Source: Leucoraja erinacea (taxonomy: Eukaryota). Taken from it: a DNA stretch of 64,000 nt. This document shows positions 1 through 13,477 of the stretch, piece after piece. Numbering within the stretch: the stretch's first letter is position 1; the number at the start of each line of letters is the position of its first letter. The stretch lies in assembly GCF_028641065.1 (NCBI RefSeq), contig NC_073398.1, positions 28,334,001 to 28,398,000 of the forward strand, read 5' to 3'. The notes below the pieces were generated by a model, which was given only the letters and a program-made list of their open reading frames with translations, searched no databases and was not told where the DNA came from. Position numbers and translations under genes: made by a program.

Positions 1-367
1 AACCTTCTTGCAAGGATATTGGTTCCCTTCAGTTCAAGTACAATCTGTTCCTCTTTTCCTGAAAAAAAAACAAATGGTCCAAAAATCCAAATCTGTGCCA
101 GCTCCTCAGCCACGCAAACTCCTCAGTCACACATTTGTCTTATTTTCCTCTTCCTACCCACATTAGCATAAAGCACCAGGCATAATCCAGAAATTACCAC
201 CCTCAAGGTCCTGCTTTGTAACCTTTTGCCTAATTCCCTATATTCACTCTGCATGACCTCACCCCCTTTTCTACCCATGTCATTTGTGCCAATCTTCTAC
301 AAAGTATCTATGAGATGCAAAACGTAACTTTTTTTTTGCAAGTTGTTTTCATTGTTGATTAACTTAC

Positions 368-487
368 CTGAATATTTGTGAGCTCTGTTGCCATTAAGAG
401 TGCAATTGTGACTCCAAGTGAAAGTCCGACAAGGGCAACCTTGCCTTTGGCAACCTTTGGATGGTTATTCAAGGCAACAAAGGCCTC
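368..487 (-). CDS. ACOT-family coding exon 5 with the catalytic nucleophile; gene continues past the left edge
   Basis: EAFVALNNHPKVAKGKVALVGLSLGVTIALLMATELTNIQ contains GxSxG (GLSLG). 120 nt, phase 0/0, GTAAGT donor. Confidence 0.92.
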
Positions 488-655
488 CTGTATGTCAGTG
501 AATAATATATTGCAGTATCTTGTTATTTAACAGCAACATCACCAAATCCAACAATAGTACACATCAAACACTTAAATTGTTTTGATCCTGGAATCATGAG
601 AGACCAACATGACTTCTGCCATGGTGCATGGACTGCCACGTTTTACCTTCCTTAC

Positions 656-831
656 CTCGAAATAAGAAAGTTTTGGTTCAAAGACTTCCTTTGACGGTGG
701 AACATCTTTATGTCCTGTATAAGCCAAGGCGAGCACTGCATATCCTCTGGATGCAAGTAGAGCTGCTCGGTATTCCATTAGACCTCCTCCACCACCCCAC
801 ATGTCCAGGATTGCAGGAAATGGTCCAGGGC
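656..831 (-). CDS. ACOT-family coding exon 4
   Basis: GPGPFPAILDMWGGGGGLMEYRAALLASRGYAVLALAY, a hallmark ACOT/BAAT segment. 176 nt, phase 1 to 0. Confidence 0.95.
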
Positions 832-992
832 CTAATAAATACATCAGGATATGCAGTTCTGAAATGCAGCCAACAGACTGTTTGAACATAGAACAATATG
901 TACAGCATCTTAATCATGATGTCTGCACTGTGAAAAACATCCATTTATATAGCACCTAAAGACCCATTAAGGTGGAATATATGTGCATATAC

Positions 993-1055
993 TGCATTTC
1001 GTTGTCTCTGTACTGTACACTGACAATGACAATTAAAGTTGAATCTGAATCTGAA
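993..1055 (+). repeat. Short dispersed retroposon tail with (GAATCT)n
   Basis: TGCATTTCGTTGTCTCTGTACTGTACACTGACAATGACAATTAAA is near-identical at 46802-46869 (+) and 21617-21702 (-). Confidence 0.85.
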
Positions 1056-3319
1056 TTAGAGACAGTCTAGGGTAGGTTCTCTGTCAATTAATGGGATGTA
1101 GGGACTGACTGCTGAGGGAAGGTCAAGCAACTTCGGACTATGCTCAAAGAAGTTTAGAAGAAAGAAAGGAAATTTAGATATTGAGAAATTAATTCTCCTG
1201 GTGGTGGCAAAATCTGAAAAGTAGAATGAGAGGCATCCATGCAAGAAAGATGATGGGGAATTTCTTGAGAGTTTTTGAATTTCTTGCACTCTTTTACTGA
1301 TAAATATTGAAGGCCAAGATAGATGTTTGGTTTATAGGGACATCATCAGTTTTCGGAAACAGATAGGAAAATGAAGCCAAGTCCATGAATGTATTGATTG
1401 GCTGAGTATACATGGGCTGTATAAGCCTCCTCCGATCTCTAATTATGTTTAAGTTAAATTATTGTAATATGAAGATTGCTGCAGCCAATTTCCACACAGA
1501 AGCTCTCAATCATCAATTGCTGCATGACAGAATTGTAGTTCATGCTAGTGGGTTTTACTTCCCACGTATTAAAACGGTTACATTTTTTAAAATAAAAATT
1601 GCCAAGTATAGCTAATTTTGTATCTGCAGGTGCTTGTTTTCTATTTTGCTGATATCTGCATTGTTAAAGAATTCTAAGGCTACAGTATGAAGTGATCCAA
1701 ATTCGAAGCAGTTTGATGGCGCAGCTAAGTGACATTGGACTTCCAAATATTTAATAATTGGAGAAAATATCTGCTCATCTGTGACTGGATTTCAGACAAG
1801 CAGATGGGCAATTGAAAGATGATGGGGTTGAGAATGAGGTTGAATCAATGTACTGAAATGTTTTGTTGGTTTTGCAAGCATTTGGAAGGGGCCAGGCATT
1901 AATCCTTGAATGACAAATGGAATTCATAGTGGAGGTAGTTGAAGCAGGTAACATCGCAATGTTTAAGAGACATTTAGACAGGTACATGGATAGGACAGAT
2001 TTAGAGGGATATGGACCAAACGCAGGTCGGTGGGACTAATGTAGATAGGACATGCTGGCCGATGTGCGTAAGTTGGACCGAAAGGCCTGTTTCCACACTA
2101 AGACTTCATGACATCAAAGACACCAAAACAGTGTGGTGTGCGAGCTGGAATAAAAATCAATGCTGGGATTCTCTGATCTTGGGTGCAGTTTCAAATAACA
2201 GAACAACAATAAAAAAAAGATGTAATTAAATCGACCATCGGTGGCGAGTCAAGAAGAATAAAGAGGGATAATCTATTCTTGGCATCATCACATTAATGTC
2301 CTTTGTAACCTTGATAACAGTAATGTTTCAGTGCTGTGGCATGAGAATACATCCAATTACAAGGATTAAACGTGGCATTCAAGAAAAGATGAACATGGAC
2401 ATGGAAGGTAACATCACTAGACTACATCACTAAAACAATGATTGTAATAATTTGTATATTAATATCATTGATCCCGAAAGTAAAGAGCTCAACCTTATAT
2501 CATATCAGAATCAAAAAGAATAAATTAATAGCATATAATCTATGTGAATATTTTGTACATGTCCAGATCGTGCAAATATTACATTACTTGTTCTGGGTTT
2601 TATAACTTTGGAAGGGAATTAAAAATTAAGTTGGAATCTCCAGGATTTATTTTCTCATGTTTTTCCATTAATTGCAATTGTTTTTTTTTAACACATATTT
2701 TTATATCACAAGGCAATTTATAAAGCTATTGAAAACATTAACTTGTCAAGACCAAGAACTGATTTGTAACATTCAAGAAAGTTTGTTGAGCTGAAAAATC
2801 TTCACGCCCAATTTTTGATTACCCAGGGCAGGGGCAGAGGGTCATTGAGATGGCTGTTTCCCAGAGATTCACTTTGGAATATATGAATGACCCTTGTTAG
2901 CCTTGACATCAGAACTATAGGACATTGTTAAGAAACTAAAGAACTTAAACCCATTAAACAATATCATATCAAAGTTGAAAAGAGTAAAACAGCAGACATA
3001 CACATTAAATCATATGGCGTGAAGGCCGAGTCATCAGAGGGAAGGAAGGAAGGAAGGAAGGACTGGAGGTAGGACATGCAGTGTATTGAAGTCTTGGGAA
3101 ATTGACAGTGACGAATGAGGCTTTCTGTAGAGCATTAATTTCAATACATTGGGGATCATGGGATGAAGAATGTGCTGATGGCTCTTTTTGGAGCTTAGAA
3201 ACAACAAGAGGAAATTTCAGAGAACAACACCACAATAAAATATACCATAACAGAGGTCATGATGCCATGAAATCTGTCAGCTCTGAATACTGGGGTAATG
3301 TAACGCATATTCCAGAACA

Positions 3320-3612
3320 AGGGGTCACAAGGATAAGGGGGAAGTCTTTAGGACCAAGATGAGAAAAACATTTTTTACACAGAGAGTGGTGAATCTGTGG
3401 AATTCTCTGCCTCAGAAGGTAGTTGAGGCCAGTTCATTGGCTATATATAAGATGTGGCCCTTGTGGCTAAAGGGGTCAGGGGGTATGGTGAGAAGGCAGG
3501 TACAGGATACTGAGTTGGATGATCAGCCGTGATCATATTGAATGGTGGTGCAGGCTCGAAGGGCCGAATGGCCTACTCCTGCACCTATTTTCTATGTTTC
3601 AATGTTTCTATA
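3320..3612 (+). mobile_element. CR1 LINE 3' end
   Basis: TTTTTTACACAGAGAGTGGTGAATCTGTGGAATTCTCTGCC...GGCCGAATGGCCTACTCCTGC followed by a (TTTCTATG)n tail. Confidence 0.85.
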
Positions 3613-4392
3613 TGAAATTAATTGAATCAAACACACCTTACTAATCCTTCTCCAACCTCCCTTTCCTATTTTAAAGATACATTGGGTATGCAAGCAAATA
3701 ATTTAATTGTGCCTAGTCACATGTGACAATAAAGTATTATATTCCAAGATCGGAATGCTCAGAACAATCTTGCTCGAGGAACAAACTTTTACTGGATTTT
3801 CAATGAAAAGGGTAAAGGGTAAAATGCAAAATAGTCAGTTAGTGCATCAACACTATTTCAGAGGTCAAAAAATTGAGCCAATACACCTGTGTCTCCCTAA
3901 ATAGGTTGAAACTTAAACTTTACTTGCGAGAACAAGTATATCATCTGAATCATTAGTGAGAATAAATTGCATCCTCCAAGATGTTGCCACGTTGAGGGAT
4001 CATTATTTGCCTCTTTCTATGGCAGGGTCTTAGGGTTCGCCAACCTAGATTTTTTGCTAGGCTGCATCATCAACAGAAACATTTTGGGCAAAAAATTCAA
4101 AAATCTGAACACACGATCTTGCTATACAAGAACTGTTTGATGTATTTTCCTAAATATCCTTCAATGTAATTCACTGAATTCAAGCCATATTGGTATACCT
4201 GTACATGAATACATACTAAACTACATAACATCATATTTTTCTGTATTTTCATGGTATGGAATCAGGTAGGGACAAAAAAGAAAATGACATAGTTTGAGAA
4301 TAATTGCAGTAAATTCCAAGAGGAACACGAGGTGAAAGGAAATAAAGACAAAGGATGGAATATTATCACTCTGCAGCATTGCATTCCATTAC

Positions 4393-4583
4393 CTGGTGGA
4401 AAGAATAGTGTTCCAACGACACGGCCCTCTTTGAACTCTAACCTGGTGGCGCCTGGGGCCATATAAAAGCGTTCTAATACAACTGATGCCAGAACTACAG
4501 CCTTGTCAAAATTACTGGAAATCCAACCATAATAAACTGAAACAGTTACTGTAAGTGGGGTGGTCATATTCTTCTTCCTTAAC
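4393..4583 (-). CDS. ACOT-family coding exon 3
   Basis: [18 protein letters not shown]...[29 protein letters not shown]. 191 nt, phase 2 to 1, AG/GT flanks. Confidence 0.93.
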
Positions 4584-5316
4584 CTAAAAGGTAAATTGGC
4601 AAATTTAAGACATAAAAACCTGTATCTGAACATCAAAGGTTTAAAAATGGGAAAAGGGCTAGTGGGGAATTGTATAAACTTATTCTTTTGCCGTTCCTTA
4701 AAGTAGGAACATATCCTGTGGATAAAAAGGAACTAGAGATACTATATAGTATATTTGCATTCGAAGAAGGCATTTGATAATGCATTTGATAATCCAGTTA
4801 TTACAACAACAAAAACTGATGGTCTCGGAGAAAACACATAGGCACAGATAGATGATTCAAGAAAGAACTGCAGATGCTAGATGATTGTTTGGCTCATAGA
4901 AAAAAGAACGCAAGATTAATAGGCCTTTTTCAGATTGGCAAAATGCAACAAATGGGTACAGTTGATAATTTTAAAGGGTCACAACGGGCACATAAGTTGT
5001 GAAGAGTACTCAGGGATGCTGCAAAGATATACAGTGCCCTCCATAATGTTTGGGACAAAGACCCATCATTTATTTATTTGCCTCTGTACTCCACAATTTG
5101 AGATTTGTAATAGAAAAAAAATTACATGTGGTTAAAGTGCACATTGTCAGATTTTATTAAAGGCCATTTTTATACATTTTGGTTTCACCATGTAGAAATT
5201 ACAGCTGTGTTTATACAGGCCCCTCCCATTTCAGGGCACCATAATGTTTGGGACACATGGCTTCATAGGTGTTTGTAATTGCTCAGGTGTGTTTAATTAC
5301 CTCCTTAATGCGGATA

Positions 5317-6150
5317 TTCAATTCAATTCAATTTAATTGTCATTTGGACCCCATGAGGTACAAACGAAATGCCGTTTCTGCAGCCATACATTACAAACAA
5401 ATAGACCCAAGACACAACATAATTTACATAAACATCCATCACATCGCTGTGATGGAAGGCCAAAAAAACTTATCTCTCCACTGCACTCTCCCCCCCCCCG
5501 ATGTCAGAGTCAAAGTCAAAGCCCCCGGCTGGCGATGGTGATTGTCCCACAGCCATTAAAGCCACGCCGGGTGGTGCGAGGTCGCACACCGGGTCTTGGT
5601 GTTAGAGCCCCCGGCGTGCGCTCGCAGAGTCCCGCGGCCATTCCAAGCCGCGCGGGGTGGTGCTGTAGGCCCCGTTCCAAGAGCTCTTCGACCCCGCAAC
5701 TCGGGCGGGAGAAGTCGCCGTTGCAGGAGCCCTGAAAAGCGGTCTCCCTCCAGGGACCCGCGGGCTCCCGGTGCCGCCGTCCGCCAAACCCGCAGTTGCA
5801 GCCTCCGAATCTCTGGAGGTCGGGCCGCAGCAGCAGCAGCGCTCCACCCGCTCCGGACTCGGCCAGCTCCGCGACGAGGTGAGTCGGCACCAGAGTCCCC
5901 GGTCTTCTCCTGTTGGAGGCCGCTCCACATTGCAGCCCCAACAACAACGGAGACCCGACAAAGAAAAGGTCGGGTCTCCCGTGCAGGGAGAGATTTGAAA
6001 GTTACCCCCTCCCTCCCACGCCACCCCCACCCCCCCACACACACCACCCCAACAAAAAATAACAAAAACTACATAAAAACATAGACAAAGATAATAAAAA
6101 CGCGGACGGGCTGCAGAGGCTGCTGCTGACGTGAGTCGCGCCGCCTACGT
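5317..6150 (-). mobile_element. GC-rich non-autonomous retroelement nested in the Tc1
   Basis: Short microsatellite tail at the left end. Its 3' end is shared with 58565-58997 and partly with 8080-8793. Confidence 0.6.
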
Positions 6151-7004
6151 AAGAGAGCTTTCAGCACCTAATCTTTACTCCAGTCTTTCCATCACCTTTG
6201 GAAACTTTCATTGCTGTATATAAACATGAGGACCAAAGTTGTGCCAATGAAAGTCAAATAAACCATTATGAGACTGAGAAACAAGAATAAAACTGTTAAG
6301 AGACATCAGCCAAACCTTAGGCTAACCAAAATCAATTGTTTGGAACATCATTAAAAAGAGAGCACTGGTGAGCTTACTATTCGCAAAGGGACTATTCGCA
6401 AGTAAGACCTCCAATCCCCAAACACCTGTCTGACAGATCAGAAACACTATTCAGGAGTCAGGTGTGGATTTGTCAATTAACAGAATTTCATGAACAGAAA
6501 TACAGAGACTACATTGCAAGATGCAAACCACTGGTTAGCCACAAAATAGGATGGCCAGTCTACAGTTCGCCAAGAGTACTTAAAAGAGCAACCAGAGTTC
6601 TGGAAAAAAGGTCTTGTGGACAGATGAGACGAAGATTAACATATCAGAGTGATGGCAAGAGCAAAGTATGGAGGAGAGAAGTAACTGCCCAGGATCCAAA
6701 GCATACCACCTCATCTGTGAAACACAGTGGTGGGGGCGTTATGGCCTGGACATATATGGCTGCTGAAGGTACTGACTCATTTATCTTCATTGATGATACA
6801 ACAGCTGATGATAGTAGCATAATGAATTCTGAAGTGTATAGACACATCCTATCTGCTCAAGTTCAAACAAATGCCTCAAAACTCATTGGCCGGCGGTTCA
6901 TTCTACACCAAGACAATAATCGCAAACATACTGTTAAAGCAACAAAGGAGTTTTTCAAAGTTAAAAAATGGTCAATTCTTGAGTGGCCAAGTCAATCACC
7001 CGAT

Positions 7005-7268
7005 GAATTAATGAATTAATAAGCTTATTGGCCAAGTATTCACATACAAGGAATTTGCCTTGGTGCTCCACCCGCAAGTGACAACATGACATCCAGTGAC
7101 AGATAAGAATGATACATAAAACATTAAACATTAATAATAAAAACATTATTGATTAAACATGTGAATTAAATAAAATACCAGAACAAAAGGAGGCGACAAA
7201 TTTTTGGTTATTGAGTAGAGTTATTACTCGTGGAAAAAAAGCTGTTTTTATGTCTGGCTATGGCAGAT
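7005..7268 (-). mobile_element. Retroposon 3' fragment inserted in the Tc1 transposase
   Basis: Interrupts the SPD-LNPFEH motif. The TTGGCCAAGTATTCACATACAAGGAATT end recurs in reverse near 36460-36568 and 62525-62620. Confidence 0.6.
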
Positions 7269-8079
7269 TTGAATCCATTTGAGCATGCCTTTTATATGCT
7301 GAAGAGAAAACTGAAGGGAACTAGCCCCCAAAACAAGCATAAGCTAAAGATGGCTGCTCCATACAGGCCTGGCAGAGCATCACCAGAGAAGACATCCAGC
7401 AACTGGTGATGTCCATGAATCGCAGACTTCAAACAGTCAAAGGATATGCAACAAAATACTAAACATGACTACTTTCATTTACATGACATTGCTGTGTCCC
7501 AAATATTATGATGCCCTGAAATGGGGGGGACTATGTATAAACTGCTGTAATTTCCATATGGTGAAACCAAAATGTATAAAAATGGCCTTTATTCAAATCT
7601 GACAATGTGCACTTTAACCACATGTGAATTTTTCTATTACAAATCTCAAATTGTGGAGTAGAGGCAATATAAATAAATGTTGGGTCTTTGTCCCAAACAT
7701 TATGGAGGGTACTGTAGATAGGTTGAGTGGCCAAAGACCTGGTAAATGGAGAATTATGCTGGAGAATGTAAAATTATTCATCTTTAAGAAAAATAAATAA
7801 CATTACCTAAATGCTGAGGTATTACAGAGGTATCAAAGTATTCTTGTACATTATATCAAAAAGCTTTAAGTTTCAGCTCCAGCAAATAATTAGGAAAGTG
7901 ACCAATTATTTTTATTTATTACTAGGAACATTGAATATAATAATTGAGAATTTATGTTTCAAATGTACGGCATAAGAGTATAGTATTTGTCTTATTTATG
8001 GATAGAAATGCACTGGAAGCTGTTCAGAAGTAATTGGATGACCAAGAGCAGTACAAAGAGCAATGCAAATTGCTGAATT

Positions 8080-8793
8080 TATATATTATGCACCATCAGT
8101 TATGGCAGCCTCGCCAACGGTCTGTCTGTCTATTCGTCCTTTTGTTATTTTTTTAGGGTGTTTTAAAAAGTATGTGTTAATGTTCTCTGGTTTGTTTTAT
8201 GTGGGCGGGGGGAGGGGGGGTTCGAGGAAACTTTTTCTCAATCTCTTACCTTGCCGGAGATGCGATTGTTTTTCAGTTCGTATCTCCGGTCGCTCTGCGG
8301 CCTAACATCATGGAGCTGGCCGCCTTGCACGGAACTGACTTTGAGCCCCACCGCGGGGACTTACCATCGGAGCCTTGCCTGGGATCGTCACTCCAACTGC
8401 GGCCTGCGGATTTCAACATTGAGGAGCCTGATGTCGGGAAGTCGCAGAATGTTTGACACACCCCGACCAACCGGCGTGGGGAGCTGAGATCCCCCTGATG
8501 CGGGAGAATGATTGCCCCGATGCAGAGGGCCTAACCTCCGGCTATGGGAGCCAAGATCGTCCCGTCAACGGAAGGCTCAAGGCCCCACACCGTGGGAGAA
8601 TAAAGAAGGGAAGAGATTGAACTTTTTTTTGCCTTCCATCACAATGAGGAATGTGGGGGAGTCACTGTGGTGGATATTTATGTTAAAATGTATTTTGTGT
8701 GTATTGTTGCTTCTTATTGGTATGACTATATGGCAAATCAAATTCCTCATATGTTGCAAAATATACTTGACTAATAAAGTATGATTATTATTA
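8080..8793 (+). mobile_element. GC-rich non-autonomous retroelement
   Basis: Ends in AATAAAG plus an (ATT)n tail. Shares TGCCTTCCATCA...CACTGTGGTGGAT with the copies at 5.3-6.1 kb and 58.6-59.0 kb. Confidence 0.55.
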
Positions 8794-9119
8794 CGATCTA
8801 AAACACACAATCATCCCACCATACACAAGGTGCTTAATTGCACCTTGTAAGGTTTCAATGGGATCTTGCAAACTCATGTGTACTGTCTGGAGGAGGTAGA
8901 AGCTACATGGAAACATCATTAATGACAGCTCCCCTCCATGTCACAAAACAGGCTTATTCATAAATATAAAGATACTTTCGTCATCATTAGAAATCCTGGA
9001 ATTCCCTACCTAATAACACTTTTGGAGTAGCTTCATCACATTAACTGCAACATTCTTTTCAAAAACTTTTGGAACTAGCAATCTCTGTTCTATTAGCTTT
9101 AAAACAGTTATGTATAAAG

Positions 9120-9990
9120 ACATGGCGGGCCCACAACTTAAATTTCTGAATTGGGCCAGGGCCAAGTTTGATGGTATTAAACTGGAACTTGCTGAAGTCT
9201 ATTGGAGTAGGCGGTTTGCTGGCAAAAGAACGTCCAATAAGTAGGATTCTTTTAAAAGTGTGACGTCAAGAGTTCAGGCCATGCATGTTCCTGTTACGAG
9301 TGAAGGGTGAGAGGAATTGAGGCTCTGGTCGGGAAAGGAGGTATGGGACATGTATAGTCAGCTGGAATCAAATGTATCCCTGGAAGTTTCAGAATGATAA
9401 GACATTGGCTAATGTTGTGCCTCTATTTCAGAAGACTTAAAAGAAAAGCCTGGGAACTATAGGTCAGTGAACCTAACATCTGCCATAAGCAAGTAACAGG
9501 AGAGCATGTTGAGCCATAAGATATACGCACTTGAACAGATAGGGGCTGAGACTCGACGACTTGAGCTACAGCGAGAGGTTAGGCAAGCTAAGACTTTATT
9601 CCTGGAGTGCAGGAGGCTGAGGGGTGACCTTAAAGTGGTGTATAAAATCATAAGGGGAATCCATAGGGTGAATGCACAGTCTTTTACCTAGATTAGGGGC
9701 ATCAAGAACCAGAGGACAGGTTTAAGGTGAGAGGAGAAAGATTTAATAAAAACCAGAGCGGCTATTTTTCCACACCAGACGGTGGTGTGTATATGTAACG
9801 AGCTGCCCGAGGAGGTAATATATCAGGTACTATAATAACATTTAAAAAACATTTGGCCAGTACATGAATAGAAAAGTTTTGGTGGGATAAATGGAAAAAC
9901 ACAGGCAGGTGGGACGAATGTAGATGGGGCATCTTGATCGGCATGGGCAAGTTGGGCCAAAAAGGTTCCGTGTTATATGACTCTATAAAT
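9120..9990 (+). mobile_element. CR1 LINE fragments
   Basis: PGNYRSV.LTS and LECRRLRGDL..VYKII motifs, and a CR1 3' UTR like 1880-2100. Confidence 0.85.
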
Positions 9991-10134
9991 GCTCTCCTTG
10001 TCAGAATGTCCCCATTTCATGAGTGGAAGAAAATAAATGCAACAACAGCCACCAAGCCGCAAAAACAAATTAAAAAACAACACAGAAAAATAACTCCATG
10101 TTCCATCCATTTAATCATCATAAAAAAACAATAC

Positions 10135-10234
10135 CTCATTGCTGGACGATTATCAGGTGCAAGCTTCATGCTCCAGATTAAGCCCATTGACTCTTGACCA
10201 ATGTAGGTGCCTCCCAATGATTCATCTTGGCTGA
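10135..10234 (-). CDS. ACOT-family coding exon 2
   Basis: VSQDESLGGTYIGQESMGLIWSMK, the GGSY.G...MGL.WSM motif. 100 nt, phase 1 to 2, AG/GT flanks. Confidence 0.92.
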
Positions 10235-10805
10235 CTATGACATTAAAAATAACATTTTTTTTTAAACTTACCAAAGTTTTACTTACACTTCCATCCAGAT
10301 GAAAATGTTGAACTGTGTGGATCTACATGATTTATTTATTGATGTAACAATGTTTTTTCCCCCAGAGACAAGCCATATTACAAAGTTTAATGTTACAAAG
10401 TTTAATGATAGGGGTAGATGATCATTCTCATATTGACTTGGAAACAGATAAAAATCAAATGAAAAGTTATTTTCTTTCCTCCCCTCATCTTATTTCACCA
10501 TTAAACGCACAAGAACAAGCTACATTGATTGTGTGTAGTGTTTTAGTCTTAGTCACACCAGATTGATCACGAAAACATTTTTCTATTTAGTTGCATAACC
10601 ATTACATAGTATTGCAAAAACAAGAACCATAGATCACAGAAACAGGTTTGTGCCACCTCTGATAAAACCAGAGAGATTTATAAAAACTATTATTTCCTCT
10701 CTATGTTCAAAATATCTGTCAAGCATAACATTGTCCCAAGTATTAGCAATGCAAAACTTCTCAGTAAAAGGCAAAATGTGAATGGTGTAATTTAGCTGTA
10801 CGAAC

Positions 10806-11004
10806 CTCGGACGATCCCCTTCGAATCACTGATGTAGTGGGCATACGCCATCCACCAATCATCATCCTCAGACAGAAGCTGCGAGTGCAGTGTAATCTGC
10901 TGGTTTGGAACTAAATGTGCAATCTCAAGCTTGACTGGTTCATCCACAAGCCCCCTTGTTGGCTCAGCTTTGATTATCGGTGCCACACCGAGACTATTAC
11001 TCAT
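10806..11004 (-). CDS. Acyl-CoA thioesterase (ACOT/BAAT family), first visible coding exon
   Basis: MSNSLGVAPIIKAEPTRGLVDEPVKLEIAHLVPNQQITLHSQLLSEDDDWWMAYAHYISDSKGIV matches the ACOT/BAAT N-terminus. AG acceptor at 11013-11014 (exon starts 11012), ATG at 11004, phase-1 GT donor at 10805. Confidence 0.9.
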
Positions 11005-11538
11005 TGCTATACCTAAATTTAAAGAACAAATATCCATGGGAATATCCATATAATAGCACATAACAATGTTATTTCACTTATTTATGAACAACTAATGATG
11101 AACAGATACCGGTATACCAGAACCAAACACAATCAGTCAATGAAAAAATAATATGTACAAATCCAGAATCACCAATTCACCCCCGGGTAGGCCTCGGGGT
11201 AAATGTACCCCACATTGGGAACCCTTGCGGGACTAACCCATCCATTTATTTCTGCTTTATTTTAAACTGTAGTTCTCCATGCTGTTTAAAAAAATATTGC
11301 AATTATTTTTTGCATCACTTCAATATCTCCTCCAAGAAGAGAAAAGTTTCAGTTTCAGTTCAGTTTAGTTTATTGTCATGTGTACCAAGGTACAGTGAAA
11401 AGCTTTCGATGCATGATAACCAGTCAACGGAAAGACAATACATGATTACAATCAGACCATTCACAGTGTACAGTAGAGAATAACATTTACTGCAAGATAA
11501 ACCCAGCAAGGTCCGATCAAAGATAGTCCGAGGGTCAC

Positions 11539-12401
11539 TGTGGAAGAAAATATTAATATCCTTTCTTACTTAATTTTGAATAGGACTGTAAACTCTGATC
11601 TCACATGGGAGTAATTACTGTTGTGTCTTTTTTTTTTTAATGTAAATACTGGTTCTGTTCTGTTGCTTTGCACAATCCCACAGATCATTGCCACTTTCAT
11701 TTCACTGTACATCTTGTATGTGTATGTGACAAATAAAGTGGACTTGACTTGACTTGATTGGAATTGAACAAGGTAACGAAAGGGTGTTTGGATGTGACAA
11801 TTGGCATCTATCGTTGACCAGGTTTAGAAGAGGTTTGTTGGAATTGGCTAAGTAAGATTAGACGTATTACCTCTTATCTAGGAATGTGTTGAAGGGTGGA
11901 TGGTAAATGTGAACATGAAATAGTAGACGAAGATAAGGAAGCTTGTTTCTCTCAGCAGTGTGTTACAGTAGACCACCCGCGCCCCCTACCGCTAGTTACG
12001 TAGATACATTGCAGTAAATGGGGGGCTTATGATTGGCTCGGACAGGGGATTGTGGCGCCGTCACCTAAAAGGTGAGATAGAATAATGTCAAGATCCCCTA
12101 TTATTGTGTTTGACTTGTATTAAGCATCTGTTGTAGAATAAGATTGACATTAACAACAAGTATGTTATGACTAATGAAATAATTGGTACCCATGTAGTAG
12201 ATAGTAAATTTTCGTATAGTTGTATCTAACAAAAAAACAAAAGTTGTTTACTGCACAGTGTAACTGTCGGCTAATTCTGCTGTGTAGTCAGGGAACTGTT
12301 GAGCATTTAACTGCCGCCATCTCTCCATGATATCATGTAATAAAGTCTCTTGACCTGCGAAGTCTCCGCTTTCATTTTCCTCTAAATTAATTTCTTCCAC
12401 A
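11539..12401 (+). mobile_element. Solo LTR nested in an older retroposon
   Basis: TGTGGAAGAAA...TTTCTTCCACA inverted termini, 5-bp TSD GTCAC on both sides, AATAAA near 12339. Confidence 0.85.
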
Positions 12402-13449
12402 GTCACCAATGAGGAGATAGCAGTTCAGGACTGCTCTCTAGTTGCAGTAAGATGGTTCAGTTGTCTAATTAACAGCTGGGAAGAAACTGTCCCTGAATCT
12501 GGAGGTGTGCGTTGTCACTCGTCTGTACAGTTTGCCCGATTTGAGAGGGGAGAAGAGGGAGAAAAGGGAACTAAAACGAAAATGTAACCTAATGCTCTGT
12601 ATATGTTGAATTGAATTTCAAATAATTTTTTATGAGCTTTTAAAAATCTATTACACTACATCCACATCATTCACTTTCACTATAAACGTTTACAGAACTT
12701 AGTTTACATTATGTGATATTAGGTAAATGAACTGGAAATTATGGCAGTTTAACAGCGTCTTCTCATTCCTTTCAGTGGATTTATTAATTAAAATTGATTA
12801 TGTTGCAAGATATCATTAAATAGCATTAAAAAAATTAAAAAACCATATATCATTTTTCATTAGATCAAAAAGGTGAGGTCCTACCGTACAATACTGTACC
12901 TGAAGTGAGCAGTCTTCTAATAGATGGTTTTATTTTATAGGAATTACTATAATAGCTGCCTCTTAAGAATCGCAGTATCCAAAAATATTTCATTATCTAG
13001 TAAAGGAAAGAATAATGTGACAATGAAAATAGACCAAATAACTTAAACAATGCCACCTAATAAGTATTTCCCATCCCACCTTAAACCTACATCCTCTGGT
13101 TCATGATTCGCCTTCTCTGGATAAAAGACACTGTGCATTCACCCTCTTTAGTCTTCTCATGATTTTACACACCTCTATAAGATCACCTCTCAGCCTCCTG
13201 CACTCCAAGGAATAAAGTCCTAGCACGCCCAACTTCTTCCTATAGCTCCATCTTAATGACATCCTGACTATAGCAGGGTGACCAAAACTGAACACAATAC
13301 TCTAAATGCTGCCTCATCAATGTAACTGTGACATAATAACCCAATACAATGCTATATAACTCTATACAATGCTGGAAAAATCGAAGGTACACAAAAATGC
13401 TGGAGCAATTCAGTGGGTGAGGCCGCATCTATGGAGCGAAGGAATAAGT

Positions 13450-13477
13450 GACGTTTCGGGTCGAGACCCTTCTTCAG
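13450..13477 (-). ncRNA. Minimal hammerhead ribozyme motif (Penelope pLTR)
   Basis: Reverse complement of the same 28-mer, with AGT/ACT short helix-I pairing, next to a Penelope GIY-YIG tail remnant (13570-13625). Confidence 0.6.

Larger units (their letters stand above)
5032..7714 (+). mobile_element. Decayed Tc1/mariner (IR/DR type) DNA transposon in an ACOT intron
   Basis: TA-flanked TIRs of about 220 bp (CAGTGCCCTCCATAATGTTTGGGACAAAGACCCA...) with internal direct repeats. Transposase remnant (KHSGGGVMAW, FILHQDN..KHT, WPSQSPD) at about 6224-7470. Confidence 0.93.

Noticed and set aside
5269-6084. Cluster of overlapping 130-170 aa ORFs
   Set aside because: They fall in a GC-rich repeat insertion where stop codons are rare. 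No protein motifs, and related sequence occurs elsewhere in the window.
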